Positions 1-9,047 of a DNA stretch of 64,000 nucleotides are shown here, in pieces. This DNA is from Candidatus Omnitrophota bacterium. GTDB lineage: Bacteria > Omnitrophota > Gorgyraeia > Gygaellales > Profunditerraquicolaceae. Numbering within the stretch: the first letter of the stretch is position 1; every line of letters begins with the position of its first letter. The notes beneath the pieces were generated by a model. It had not been told where the DNA came from, searched no databases, and saw only the letters and a list, made by a program, of their open reading frames with translations. Made by a program: the position numbers and the translations under genes. The DNA lies in contig JAQURX010000004.1 in assembly GCA_028715415.1 (NCBI GenBank), positions 20,933 to 84,932 on the forward strand, written 5' to 3'.

Positions 1-461
1 ACATCTACAATCCGTTTGCAATTATTTTTTACTTGCTCAATTCTTTCTTTAGCAGCAGGAGATAAACCGCTTTTCTCAAAATCATCTTTTAAGAGTTCAA
101 GATTCCCCTGAATGATAAACAGCGGATTACTGATTTCATGGCTCAAAGTAAGAACAGTTTCCGTAACTGCAGCAAGTTTGTTCTTTTTTATTAATTCATC
201 CTGCAAAACTATAATCTTGTGGTTATAATCAAAAAGGCTATTGATTAGATTTTGCAGGCTTTCCCTGCCAGTAACTACCCCCATAAGGAAAACAGTTGTA
301 GCTGTAAGTATAATACCCCAAACGTCGGTAGTAAACTTTTCAAAAGTACCGATTTTATTAATAAGAAGATACAAGAAAACCAGAAAGGGTATTACCCCTA
401 TAAGGCAAATTGTATTAGCATAATCCCTACCAGTCCTTTTTTTTAATTGGATTACTTCCAT
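1..461 (-). CDS. Sensor histidine kinase, N-terminal part (gene continues beyond window start); ATG at 461..459
   Basis: Reverse-strand translation from the ATG at 461 (preceded by AAGGAG) gives MEVIQLKKRTGRDYANTICLIGVIPFLVFLYLL... with hydrophobic TM segments, then the HisKA H-box SHEISNPLFIIQGNLELL. The frame stays open to position 1. Not in the ORF track because it has no stop inside the window. Confidence 0.6.
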   Translation of the reverse strand, partial: MEVIQLKKRTGRDYANTICLIGVIPFLVFLYLLINKIGTFEKFTTDVWGIILTATTVFLMGVVTGRESLQNLINSLFDYNHKIIVLQDELIKKNKLAAVTETVLTLSHEISNPLFIIQGNLELLKDDFEKSGLSPAAKERIEQVKNNCKRIVD

Positions 462-470
462 GGCGGCTCC

Positions 471-857
471 TTATTTTATTATTTTCCGGATAAAAATAAT
501 ATAACCTATAGCTATGGCGTTTAGGCAAGCAAGCACCACAACACCTGCAGCTATATCTTTTACCAATTTAATTTTAATATGGAACTTTTCTGTAATGGTA
601 TCCATTAGAAGCTCAATTGCAGTATTAAATATCTCCGCCATAAAAACAAGCGTTATAGTTATACAAAGAGCTATCAATTCAATCCCCTTAAGTTTAAAAT
701 AAATCCCTGCTAAAAAAGCCAGGATTCCGAAAATAAAAATTAACCGCATATTGTGATGGTATAAAAATAAATAAATAATGCCTTGCAAAGCAATTCTTAA
801 ACTTGTAAAGAAACCCTTTACCTTAAAAACATTCCTAAAGAAACTGTCCTTAGCCAT
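471..857 (-). CDS. dgkA: Diacylglycerol kinase / undecaprenol kinase family (DgkA-like) integral membrane protein
   Basis: 128 aa with three hydrophobic helices and the ...EIFNTAIELLMD... motif typical of the prokaryotic DAGK family. Size matches. Confidence 0.7.
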   Translation of the reverse strand: MAKDSFFRNVFKVKGFFTSLRIALQGIIYLFLYHHNMRLIFIFGILAFLAGIYFKLKGIELIALCITITLVFMAEIFNTAIELLMDTITEKFHIKIKLVKDIAAGVVVLACLNAIAIGYIIFIRKIIK

Positions 858-859
858 AC

Positions 860-1648
860 TTAACGCCTCCTATAGGCTTCAAGAAAAGAGTCGCAATAAA
901 TATTTTTATTAAGCAACAGCTCCGCCGTGATTACCGAATCCATCAATTCTTTGTCAAGAGGATCTAAAATTGCCGCGTCTAACCCGGAAGCAACTGCCAT
1001 AGTCAAAAAAGTCCGATTAATAAGATTCCTTGCAATCGTACCCTGTGAAACATTGCTCAATCCAATAATAGTTTTAGGGCTTGGGTCAGAAATAATCTTA
1101 AATTCGTGGATTGAATCTAAAATATCCTTCATCTGGGCTTGAGCGACGTTAACCGGCATAACTATAGGGTCAATATACAGGTCCTCGATAGGAAAACCCT
1201 TATCTGAACAAGTTGCGACAATAGTAGCTGCCAACTCAAGGCGCTGATCCTTGTTTTGAGGAATCCCTTTTGAGCTTATAGTTAAACCAATAAGTTTAGC
1301 ATTATACTTTTTCGCAAGGGGAATCAAAACTTCCATTTTTTCAATATCTGCAGTTGTAGAATTAATTATAACTTTGTTCTTCGCAATTCTTAAACCAGCT
1401 TCTATAACAAGAGGCTTGCTTGAATCTAAACAAAGCGGTTTATCAGTTACTTCTTGAATAACTTCAACGAGCCAAGGCAAATCCTGAACCGGCTGTTTTG
1501 AGGCAGGGCCGCAATTAATATCCAAAACATCGCTGCCTGAATTAACCTGATCCAAGGCACATTTTTGTATAACTGATTTATCTTTTTCTTTTATCGCCTT
1601 TGCGATATTTTGATACATCCCGTTAATTAATTCCCCGATAATAAGCAT
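860..1648 (-). CDS. acsE: Methyltetrahydrofolate:corrinoid/iron-sulfur protein methyltransferase (AcsE-like, pterin-binding TIM-barrel)
   Basis: 262 aa, the AcsE/MtrH pterin-binding family size. It lies in a cluster with the corrinoid Fe-S protein subunits and cooC. Confidence 0.65.
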   Translation of the reverse strand: MLIIGELINGMYQNIAKAIKEKDKSVIQKCALDQVNSGSDVLDINCGPASKQPVQDLPWLVEVIQEVTDKPLCLDSSKPLVIEAGLRIAKNKVIINSTTADIEKMEVLIPLAKKYNAKLIGLTISSKGIPQNKDQRLELAATIVATCSDKGFPIEDLYIDPIVMPVNVAQAQMKDILDSIHEFKIISDPSPKTIIGLSNVSQGTIARNLINRTFLTMAVASGLDAAILDPLDKELMDSVITAELLLNKNIYCDSFLEAYRRR

Positions 1649-1652
1649 ACAG

Positions 1653-2627
1653 CTACCTCTTTGTATTTATGAATAAATTATCCAAATACATATTAACTTT
1701 TTCAATTGCTTTAGGATGGCGCATAACTAAAATATCTGCCCCAGCCTGGATAAGAGCGGTGGCAGTAATAATTTCCCAAGCGATTCCCCGTTCTGACTCC
1801 ATCCCCCAAGAAGGGAATTCCGCATGGCTGACCTTAGCTTCTTTAGCTCTCCATGATTCTTGGGCAACGAAACAAATAAATGGGTTAGCAACAGTTTTAT
1901 CTCCTGACAAAGCCGCAAGGCGGGCTCTTTCCATTATTGAATACGCGTATTCTAAACCATAACCCAATGCCCCTATCGTCGGATTAATCACAATCCGGTC
2001 CAGTGGCAAACCCATGTCGGAAATAAGGATATTTAATTGCTTGGCAATATTAATATCAATGGGAGACTCTGCTATAATACTATGCCCATCAGCTAATACG
2101 CTTGCGGCAATCGTTTTATAATTATCCTGCACAGCAGAACCAATTAAGCATTTCTCTCCCTTTGCCGCTTCAGAACAAGCCGGTAAAATGATATTATCCT
2201 TGGCATCATCTCCGCAGCCTAAAATAATCAGAGGAACCCCGACTTTTTTTAATAGGCTGGAAATCAATTTTGCTTCCGAATCAGCCGGCTTATTTCCAAA
2301 ATCAGGATGCGCTGCCTGCAACCTAACGCATAGCGCCTTAGCTTTATACTCTTTAACACATTTATCAGCCCAGGCTAAAGGGTCAGAAAATACATCTTTA
2401 TAGGGCTTTACTAATTCATCCGGCCAATCGCTGGGGGCAGAATCCCAGATCTCAAAGACAACCTGAGGCTTATTAGGTATTGCACCCTCCTCAAACAAAA
2501 ACGGCAATGCCTTCTCTCCCCCGACGGTTAAAGTATTTTCTCTTGTCCCTCCGCTAGCCTTATTAGCTCCAATACTTAACGTATAAACTTCCCCTGCCCA
2601 ATTTTCCAACATTAGCTGACTTGCCAT
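1653..2627 (-). CDS. acsD: Corrinoid iron-sulfur protein small subunit (AcsD-like)
   Basis: 324 aa TIM-barrel-like protein next to acsC, cooC and acsE. Size and order match CFeSP small subunits. It overlaps cooC by 16 bp. Confidence 0.65.
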   Translation of the reverse strand: MASQLMLENWAGEVYTLSIGANKASGGTRENTLTVGGEKALPFLFEEGAIPNKPQVVFEIWDSAPSDWPDELVKPYKDVFSDPLAWADKCVKEYKAKALCVRLQAAHPDFGNKPADSEAKLISSLLKKVGVPLIILGCGDDAKDNIILPACSEAAKGEKCLIGSAVQDNYKTIAASVLADGHSIIAESPIDINIAKQLNILISDMGLPLDRIVINPTIGALGYGLEYAYSIMERARLAALSGDKTVANPFICFVAQESWRAKEAKVSHAEFPSWGMESERGIAWEIITATALIQAGADILVMRHPKAIEKVNMYLDNLFINTKR

Positions 2628-3364
2628 ATACTTTCTCCTATTCTCCGCAGCGTATCTAAACTTATGCCTTTATCATTTAAATCCATCAACGAACAACCAT
2701 TAATACAAATTTTCTCAATTTCTTTATCTTGAGGAATAGAACCGAGATAATTTAGCCCTAAATCCTGAATCTTCCCCGAATCTATCATATCGTTATAACA
2801 GTTTACAATCAAAAATGATTTTTTAATCTTGATCTCTAAATCTTTAGTTAAATCCTTTATCCTTTTTGCAGCCTTAAGTCCAACCACAGAAGCATTTGAT
2901 ACAATTACAAGTGCATCCGCTGACCGGGTTGTCCTTCTGGAAAGATGTTCAAGGCCTGCCTCATTATCAATAATAATAAAATCGTAATCATTGATCAGCT
3001 TTCCCATAATATTTCTCAAAGAATTATTCACATAGCAGTAACATCCGGGGCCTTCAGGCTTGCCCATTGTAAGAAGATCAAATCCATCAGCTTCAACTAT
3101 TGCTGTTTGTACTTGAAATTCAATAAACCTGTCTTTTGGCATTCCGCTGGGGATTTTTTCAGGATGGGCTGAAATGCCATCAAGAATATTCCCTATCGTT
3201 GCCTTTACTTCAAGCCCAAGGCTTTCCGCCAGATTACTATTCGGGTCAGCATCAATCGCCAAAACAGAACCTAATTTCTTTTCTTTGATTATCCTGACAA
3301 TTAAAGCAGCAATGGTAGTTTTTCCTACTCCACCCTTTCCTGCCATTGCAATAACATAACCCAT
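2612..3364 (-). CDS. cooC: CooC/AcsF-type nickel-insertion ATPase (MinD/ParA P-loop family)
   Basis: Has the deviant Walker A (MAGKGGVGKTT) and a CYCYVNNSL (C-x-C) motif characteristic of CooC Ni-binding. 250 aa. Confidence 0.75.
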   Translation of the reverse strand: MGYVIAMAGKGGVGKTTIAALIVRIIKEKKLGSVLAIDADPNSNLAESLGLEVKATIGNILDGISAHPEKIPSGMPKDRFIEFQVQTAIVEADGFDLLTMGKPEGPGCYCYVNNSLRNIMGKLINDYDFIIIDNEAGLEHLSRRTTRSADALVIVSNASVVGLKAAKRIKDLTKDLEIKIKKSFLIVNCYNDMIDSGKIQDLGLNYLGSIPQDKEIEKICINGCSLMDLNDKGISLDTLRRIGESIWQVS

Positions 3365-3367
3365 AGC

Positions 3368-5296
3368 CTAAAATCTAACCGAAGAAAACTTTGTTAAATC
3401 CGTATGCGGAAAAAACAATGCTGCCATATATTCATCCATATAACACGGATCAACCGATAACTCAAAATAAGTGATTTTCTTGGCAATCTCATCGGCAATC
3501 TTAATTGCTTCACTGGAAAGGAGCATCATACGAGAGCCTGCCAAAGAGCTATTCCCGATAAAGAAAAACCGTTTTCTATCAATATCCGGCAATAGGCCAA
3601 TTTCAACCGCTGATTCTATATTTAGAGAAGTGCCAAACCCCCCAGCAATAAAGATTTTTTTTACGTCTTTAAAATCAAATCCCATATGTTTGACTAAAAT
3701 TGATGTCGCGGAATAAATCGCAGCTTTAGCACGTTTCAGATTGTCAATATCAGCTTCAGTGATTACTATATCCTGCGTTGAATTTGCCTCCTCTTTAAAA
3801 ACGAGGATAAATTCCTTTCCCATTTCAACGTTACGAACGCGCTTATGATTGCTGACGTTAATCCTTCCGTTTTTATCAATAATTCCTGCCTTAAGCATCT
3901 GAGGAATTGCTGAAATATACCCCGAGCCACAAATCCCGCGTGGTTTTTCATCAGCAATTGTCTCAACTTTTACCTCAAGATTTTTTGGGTTAATTGTTAC
4001 ATTTTGAATTGCGCCATGGCTTGCCCTCATGCCACAAGTTACTCCGCTTCCTTCAAACGCAGGCCCCGCAGAAGCAGCGCAAGCAACCAAGAAATCATTA
4101 TTACCCAGGCAGATTTCACCGTTTGTGCCGATATCAATCAAGATGCTTAAATCCTTTTCTTTATAAACTCCACTTGAAAGAACACCTGCAGTTGTGTCTC
4201 CTCCGACGTAACTGGCCACTCCGGGAACACATGACAATAAACCTCTTGGATTTATATTAATCCCTGCTTCTTGCGCGCGAATCGTTGGAATAAAATTTGC
4301 CGTAGGAACATACGGCTCTTTCCTGATATAAGTCGGGTCAACACCCAACAAAAGATGGATCATAGTGGTATTTCCCGCACAGATTATACAAGTAGCATCA
4401 TTTAAATCAATTTTATGCTCTGTAATTAATTCCGTAATAATTTCGTTCATTGTATCGGTAACAGCATCATGCAATTTTGCCAATCCGTCTTCTTCTTTTG
4501 CATAAATAATACGCGTAATCACATCAGAGCCAAAACTTGCCTGCTTATTATAAGCAGCTTTAGTCCCTAACACTTTTTTATCGTTTAAATTAACCAGTTG
4601 CCCGGAAATCGTGGTTGTCCCTATATCAAAAGCAAGGCCAAAATTTTTTAAAGACGTATCCCCCGGCTCAATCAAAACAATTTCAACAGAATCATTTCTT
4701 TTCCCCAGTGTTACAGTAACCTTCCAGTTTGAATCACGTAATAGCTCCCCAAGCTGTTTAATATTTGAAAGCCCTGTTTGAGAAACGGACAGTTTCTTCT
4801 TCTTCTGGATTTCGCTATACAACCTTTCCAGGTCACTGACTCTATCTTCTAAGTTTGGCTCAGGAAGTTCTAAATAAGCCTTTGTCGCAAGTGGAGAATG
4901 CTCAAATAATTCTCCCCCTAAAATAAACTTAATCGGCTCAATTTCCTCTGCTTCAGAGTAAAGCCCTTTAAGCCTTGCTTCCAATTCTTGAGGAGATAAT
5001 TTCTCTAAACTTTGACGTGATTCCGGGGGAACTTCAACCTCTAAGTCGCTATGGATTGTGGTTAGGCAAGCCAAATAAATATGCCTTCTTTTTTCTTCAA
5101 GGCTTAAGACTCCGGAAGATTGAGTTGAAACATTGCCTTTCTTTAATACAACCTTACACCTTCCGCAAACCCCATCTCCCCCGCAGGCAGAATTAATATG
5201 AACCCCTGCCGAAATTGCCGCTGAAAGTATAGTTTTGTCCTTTTCAACCTCTACAGTTTTGTTATCAGGATAAAACGTAACTTTAAATTTTTCCAT
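3368..5296 (-). CDS. Reductive activator of corrinoid Fe-S protein (RACo/AcsV-like): N-terminal plant-type [2Fe-2S] ferredoxin domain plus ASKHA ATPase domain
   Basis: N-terminus carries SACGGDGVCGRCKV plus a later Cys, as in a 2Fe-2S ferredoxin. The protein is 642 aa, matching RACo. It sits between acsC and cooC as in acetogens. Confidence 0.6.
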   Translation of the reverse strand: MEKFKVTFYPDNKTVEVEKDKTILSAAISAGVHINSACGGDGVCGRCKVVLKKGNVSTQSSGVLSLEEKRRHIYLACLTTIHSDLEVEVPPESRQSLEKLSPQELEARLKGLYSEAEEIEPIKFILGGELFEHSPLATKAYLELPEPNLEDRVSDLERLYSEIQKKKKLSVSQTGLSNIKQLGELLRDSNWKVTVTLGKRNDSVEIVLIEPGDTSLKNFGLAFDIGTTTISGQLVNLNDKKVLGTKAAYNKQASFGSDVITRIIYAKEEDGLAKLHDAVTDTMNEIITELITEHKIDLNDATCIICAGNTTMIHLLLGVDPTYIRKEPYVPTANFIPTIRAQEAGININPRGLLSCVPGVASYVGGDTTAGVLSSGVYKEKDLSILIDIGTNGEICLGNNDFLVACAASAGPAFEGSGVTCGMRASHGAIQNVTINPKNLEVKVETIADEKPRGICGSGYISAIPQMLKAGIIDKNGRINVSNHKRVRNVEMGKEFILVFKEEANSTQDIVITEADIDNLKRAKAAIYSATSILVKHMGFDFKDVKKIFIAGGFGTSLNIESAVEIGLLPDIDRKRFFFIGNSSLAGSRMMLLSSEAIKIADEIAKKITYFELSVDPCYMDEYMAALFFPHTDLTKFSSVRF

Positions 5297-5297
5297 T

Positions 5298-6626
5298 TTA
5301 CAGATTTTTTAGAAAACTTGGGATTCCAGCTGCTTCCTTGGGGCCAACGATAACATTTAAACCACAAGCCTCCTCCAATTCTCCGCTTAAAACAGCAACA
5401 TATCCGGGAATGATAATTTTCTTATGGGTTACAGCTTCTTTAACGCCAAATTTATCAATTGATTGGCTGATCTTCTCTGGCGTAAACTTTTCCGCCGCCC
5501 AGGCAGTCAAAACAGACATGCCTTCAGTATCAACGCTTAAGATATAAGACGGAATTTTACTCGCCTCTACTTCGCCAAGCACAGTATAATAGCTAAGAGA
5601 AAAGTTAGTGGTAATCAACACAGGTGATTTATCATTAGCAGCGCCTATAGGATAAAGTTTTGGCTCTATCTGTAAAGGCTTTTGCGGGTCAGTATAGATA
5701 TTTTGCCGCAAAGTCAGGAGAGAAAGTGTTTGCCAGGAATCAATTCCTTTTAACAAAACAATCCCGGCGTATTTTGAGATATAAGTCGCAGCCTCCATCG
5801 CTTCCTCAAATGGGTCAGTATTCTCAACAATCGTTAAAAGCGGGTAGCCCAAAGAACGATTAGACTTTTTTAAAGCCTGTCTCCTAACCTGGGTAAGGTC
5901 CCATAATTTTTCTGAAATTGGTTTTACTTCGGTATCAATCACTAAATCGCTAATGCCTTGCTTGGCTAATTCTTGAGTTAAAACAGACACCTCTTCTAAA
6001 TTCGGAGCAGAAACCACCAATGCTGATTTATACTCTTTTGCCAAAAGCCCGATTTCAGAAAGATTGCCTTTAACCGCACGGTAAATTAAGGGATTCTTCC
6101 CTTTTAAAATTTCAAGAGCCTGCTTTAAAGCTGATAAATCATTACTCATCAATACAAGAGGAAGATTGATATTGCTTGTTACAATCTTTAACACATCAAT
6201 AAATCTTTTTGCGTCGGTATTTTGCTTGAGGGCAATAAGATTAACATTCAACTGCTGTCCGACCCTTTCAAACGCAAGCTCTTTGATTTTTGAAAGTTTC
6301 TTCTTAATCTCATCATCCTTAATGTTATCTTCTATAATAAAACCGATTCCGCAAGGATTCCTGAACTTCTCTTCGTGCCGGAACATTACTGTTTCATTCC
6401 CAATATCTATTTTGGTTTCACCGGTTCCAATACTAATTAATTTTATTGGAGGCTGAGCTGACGCTTCCAAAGCATCCTTAGCCTCTTTGCTTAAATATGG
6501 GCATTTTTCAATCGCCACAGCTTTCTTTGCCAACTGCATGGCAAAGGCAAGGCAAGTAGCAAAGCCACATTCACGGCAATTGGTTTTTGGTAATAACTTA
6601 TAGATGTCAAGTCCTGAAAGCGCCAT
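5298..6626 (-). CDS. acsC: Corrinoid iron-sulfur protein large subunit (AcsC-like) with N-terminal [4Fe-4S] C-x2-C-x4-C-x16-C motif
   Basis: MALSGLDIYKLLPKTNCRECGFATCLAFAMQLAKKAVAIEKCPY is the canonical AcsC N-terminus. 442 aa. Confidence 0.75.
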   Translation of the reverse strand: MALSGLDIYKLLPKTNCRECGFATCLAFAMQLAKKAVAIEKCPYLSKEAKDALEASAQPPIKLISIGTGETKIDIGNETVMFRHEEKFRNPCGIGFIIEDNIKDDEIKKKLSKIKELAFERVGQQLNVNLIALKQNTDAKRFIDVLKIVTSNINLPLVLMSNDLSALKQALEILKGKNPLIYRAVKGNLSEIGLLAKEYKSALVVSAPNLEEVSVLTQELAKQGISDLVIDTEVKPISEKLWDLTQVRRQALKKSNRSLGYPLLTIVENTDPFEEAMEAATYISKYAGIVLLKGIDSWQTLSLLTLRQNIYTDPQKPLQIEPKLYPIGAANDKSPVLITTNFSLSYYTVLGEVEASKIPSYILSVDTEGMSVLTAWAAEKFTPEKISQSIDKFGVKEAVTHKKIIIPGYVAVLSGELEEACGLNVIVGPKEAAGIPSFLKNL

Positions 6627-6628
6627 TT

Positions 6629-7048
6629 TTACTCTCCGGTTAGATTAAATAAATTTAGTGGGTTGGATTTAAATAATTCCTTCGCAAAATTCTCAGAAAC
6701 CTTGTGTCCTTTTATTTTATTCAGCTGTTCAATCAAGCCTTCCTTTAAACTTATTTCAATATTTCTCTTACTATCTAAATTCTTAAATAGAATACGGATT
6801 CTTTTCCCATCAATCTTCTGGATATTTCCTTTGCCATACGTAGCCCCGCTTGAAAGCTGCAAGCCGTCAATAAGGCAAGATTTAGGCCTTTGATTTGCCC
6901 CCCAAACCAAAACATCCAAACCAAAATACTTTTTGCACTTTAATTTCTTTAACGCAATATTTCCGGCCATAAGCCCTAAAACAAGATATGGGCCCAAGTG
7001 GCCATGGAATTTAACAGCTTCCTTAAGAGTTATCCTATTGTTGTTCAT
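6629..7048 (-). CDS. FmdE/FwdE-domain family protein (FHGH motif), Cys-less variant
   Basis: VKFHGHLGPYLVLGLMAG resembles the FHGHxCPG signature of the formylmethanofuran dehydrogenase subunit E-like family, but Gly replaces the Cys. 139 aa. Confidence 0.45.
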   Translation of the reverse strand: MNNNRITLKEAVKFHGHLGPYLVLGLMAGNIALKKLKCKKYFGLDVLVWGANQRPKSCLIDGLQLSSGATYGKGNIQKIDGKRIRILFKNLDSKRNIEISLKEGLIEQLNKIKGHKVSENFAKELFKSNPLNLFNLTGE

Positions 7049-7056
7049 TTTAAGCT

Positions 7057-7725
7057 TTATCCTTTATTAATTAGGCTGGCTAGATAACCGGCACCAAAAC
7101 CATTATCGATATTTACAACTGCCACACCCGGAGAACAACTGTTTAACATTGTTAGTAGTGCTGACAGGCCACCAAAACTTGCTCCATACCCACAGCTTGT
7201 TGGAACGCTCACCACAGGACAACTCACCAAACCGCTTACCAAGCTTGCCAAAGCCCCTTCCATCCCTGCTACAATTACAATAACTTTGGCCTTACGTAAA
7301 ACATCCATATGGTGCATTAATCTATGCACCCCGGCAACTCCAACATCAAAAAGCCTTACTACCAGATTACCCATTATTTCCAAAGTAACAACTGCCTCTT
7401 GAGCTACTGGAATATCAGATGTACCGGCAGACATAACCACAACTAAACCTTTTTTTAAGTTCTTACCATGATTATAAAATCCGAGCTTTGCTAAAGAATC
7501 GTACTTAAGGCAGGTAATTGATTTCTTAAGATAAGTAAAAGTGCTTTTATCTAATCTGGTAAGAAGAAGGTCCTGCTTATTCTTAAGCAGTTCCTTACAG
7601 ATTGATTTAATATTTTCTTTTGTTTTTCCGGGGCAATATACAACTTCCGGAAAACCTTTACGCTTTTGCCTGTCTATATCTACCTTAGCAAAACCAAGGT
7701 CAGAGAAACCATGCCGAGAAACCAT
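7057..7725 (-). CDS. larB: LarB-like (PurE/AIR-carboxylase-related) protein; possible nickel-pincer cofactor biosynthesis carboxylase
   Basis: The C-terminal 150 aa form a PurE-like fold (SAGTSDIPV ... VAGMEGALASLVSGL ... PVVSVPTS). An extra N-terminal domain of about 70 aa is present, as in LarB. Confidence 0.55.
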   Translation of the reverse strand: MVSRHGFSDLGFAKVDIDRQKRKGFPEVVYCPGKTKENIKSICKELLKNKQDLLLTRLDKSTFTYLKKSITCLKYDSLAKLGFYNHGKNLKKGLVVVMSAGTSDIPVAQEAVVTLEIMGNLVVRLFDVGVAGVHRLMHHMDVLRKAKVIVIVAGMEGALASLVSGLVSCPVVSVPTSCGYGASFGGLSALLTMLNSCSPGVAVVNIDNGFGAGYLASLINKG

Positions 7726-7732
7726 TGTTTAT

Positions 7733-8041
7733 TTATCCCCGGAAAATAATAAAAAGCAAAACAAGAACTATCAGGGTGGATAATATATAAAAATCGTTAA
7801 AATAAATAAAATCACTAAATTTATCGCTAAAGGAATATTCTACCTCTTTTTCGCTCTTTGGCGAATGCATACGGCCTTGCCTCTGAAAAGAAGTTACTTG
7901 TTCCCGCTTAAAACGAAGGTACACTCCCCCAATTTTATACGCCGGGATAGAACCCTTTTCAGCCAACTCCATTACATCCTTCTCAGAAACGCCTAAGATT
8001 AAAGAAACATCTCTTACAGTCAAAAGTTTTTCTTCTGCCAT
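7733..8041 (-). CDS. Small HTH_17 (excisionase/MerR-like) DNA-binding domain protein with C-terminal transmembrane anchor
   Basis: LLTVRDVSLILGVSEKDVMELAEKGSIPAYKIGGVYLRFKREQV matches the HTH_17 pattern. C-terminal FYILSTLIVLVLLFIIF is a hydrophobic helix. Confidence 0.5.
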   Translation of the reverse strand: MAEEKLLTVRDVSLILGVSEKDVMELAEKGSIPAYKIGGVYLRFKREQVTSFQRQGRMHSPKSEKEVEYSFSDKFSDFIYFNDFYILSTLIVLVLLFIIFRG

Positions 8042-8065
8042 TTTGATTTACCTTACTTGATGATA

Positions 8066-8572
8066 TTATTTTTCAATTTTTCCCGAAGCAACCCAACTGT
8101 CAATTGCTTTTCTTTCAAATCTCCAGTCGCTTCCTTCTTTACTACCGGGCATTCTTCCTGAATTAGCCCACTCCATGATTGAATTAAGGTCAACTTCCAA
8201 ATACCGCGCTAATTCTTCCGAATTCATCAGGTCATGAAGCATTAAACATTTACCTTCGAGTATCGCTCCCTCTGCAACATTCAATTTAGCAGGACAGATA
8301 TCTCCTTCAACAAGAGCGGAAGGCAAAAGCGTTAATCTTTCTTTAGCTACTATCTTTCCTTTAACTTTGCCTCCAATAATGATATTATCTCCGACGATAT
8401 CAGCAAACACTGTTGCGGTATTCCCGATTGTCAAATTACCTTTAGTCTCTAAATTTCCTTCAAATTTACCATTTATGCGCAGGTTGACCGGGTCCTTAAA
8501 AACCAAACTTCCCTGCATAGAAGCATCAACATCTAAAGTCTTTTCTTCAACTTTCTTTTTACTAAACGCCAT
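8066..8572 (-). CDS. Bactofilin-domain protein fused to a C-terminal HTH_17 DNA-binding domain
   Basis: The central section (INGKFEGNLETKGNLTIGNTATVFADIVGDNIIIGGKVKGKIVAKERL ... VEGDI) has the G/V/I-periodic beta-helix pattern of bactofilins (DUF583). The C-terminus SEELARYLEVDLNSIMEWANSGRMPGSKEGSDWRFERKAIDSWV is an HTH_17. Confidence 0.55.
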   Translation of the reverse strand: MAFSKKKVEEKTLDVDASMQGSLVFKDPVNLRINGKFEGNLETKGNLTIGNTATVFADIVGDNIIIGGKVKGKIVAKERLTLLPSALVEGDICPAKLNVAEGAILEGKCLMLHDLMNSEELARYLEVDLNSIMEWANSGRMPGSKEGSDWRFERKAIDSWVASGKIEK

Positions 8573-8587
8573 AGCTAACCTCCTTTT

Positions 8588-9034
8588 TTAGGAGTTGTGT
8601 TCGTGTTTATCTTCACTAAAAACTCTTTTCTCAAAATGCCTAAACAAAAATAACACTATCAAAGAAATTACAGTAGCCACAAAACTTGCGCGAATAAAAC
8701 CCACTCCAACCGCAAGCCCTATTGCAGAAGCCACCCATAAACTTGCCGCCGTAGTTAATCCACGGACACCCTCTGTATCTCTCATTATAGTGCCAGCACC
8801 TAAGAAACCGATACCAGTGATAACTCCAGCAGCTATACGGGAAGGGTCTGCCTTATCTTTATATATATCAAAAACATATAAAGATGTCAACATTATAAGA
8901 CAAGAGCCCATTGTTACTAAAATATGCGTCCTGAGCCCTGCGTTTCTACGCTTAAATTGACGCTCCAAACCAATAAGCCCACCGAGAAAAACCGATAAAA
9001 GCAACCTCAATATAATCTGATAATCTGATAACAT
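8588..9034 (-). CDS. mgtC: MgtC/SapB family membrane protein
   Basis: GGLIGLERQFKRRNAGLRTHILVTMGSCL and GVITGIGFLGAG match MgtC family conserved blocks. 148 aa. Confidence 0.7.
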   Translation of the reverse strand: MLSDYQIILRLLLSVFLGGLIGLERQFKRRNAGLRTHILVTMGSCLIMLTSLYVFDIYKDKADPSRIAAGVITGIGFLGAGTIMRDTEGVRGLTTAASLWVASAIGLAVGVGFIRASFVATVISLIVLFLFRHFEKRVFSEDKHEHNS

Positions 9035-9047
9035 AAGTCTTCCTCCG

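Noticed and set aside
241-446. Plus-strand ORFs 241..423 and 252..446
   Set aside because: They overlap the antisense of the histidine-kinase N-terminus, which has a clear RBS and TM/HisKA features on the minus strand.
860-6626. Considered calling the acs cluster a complete CODH/ACS operon
   Set aside because: No homologue of the CODH (AcsA) or ACS (AcsB) catalytic subunits is present in the window. Only the corrinoid/methyl module and maturation factors are, so it is reported as a partial module.
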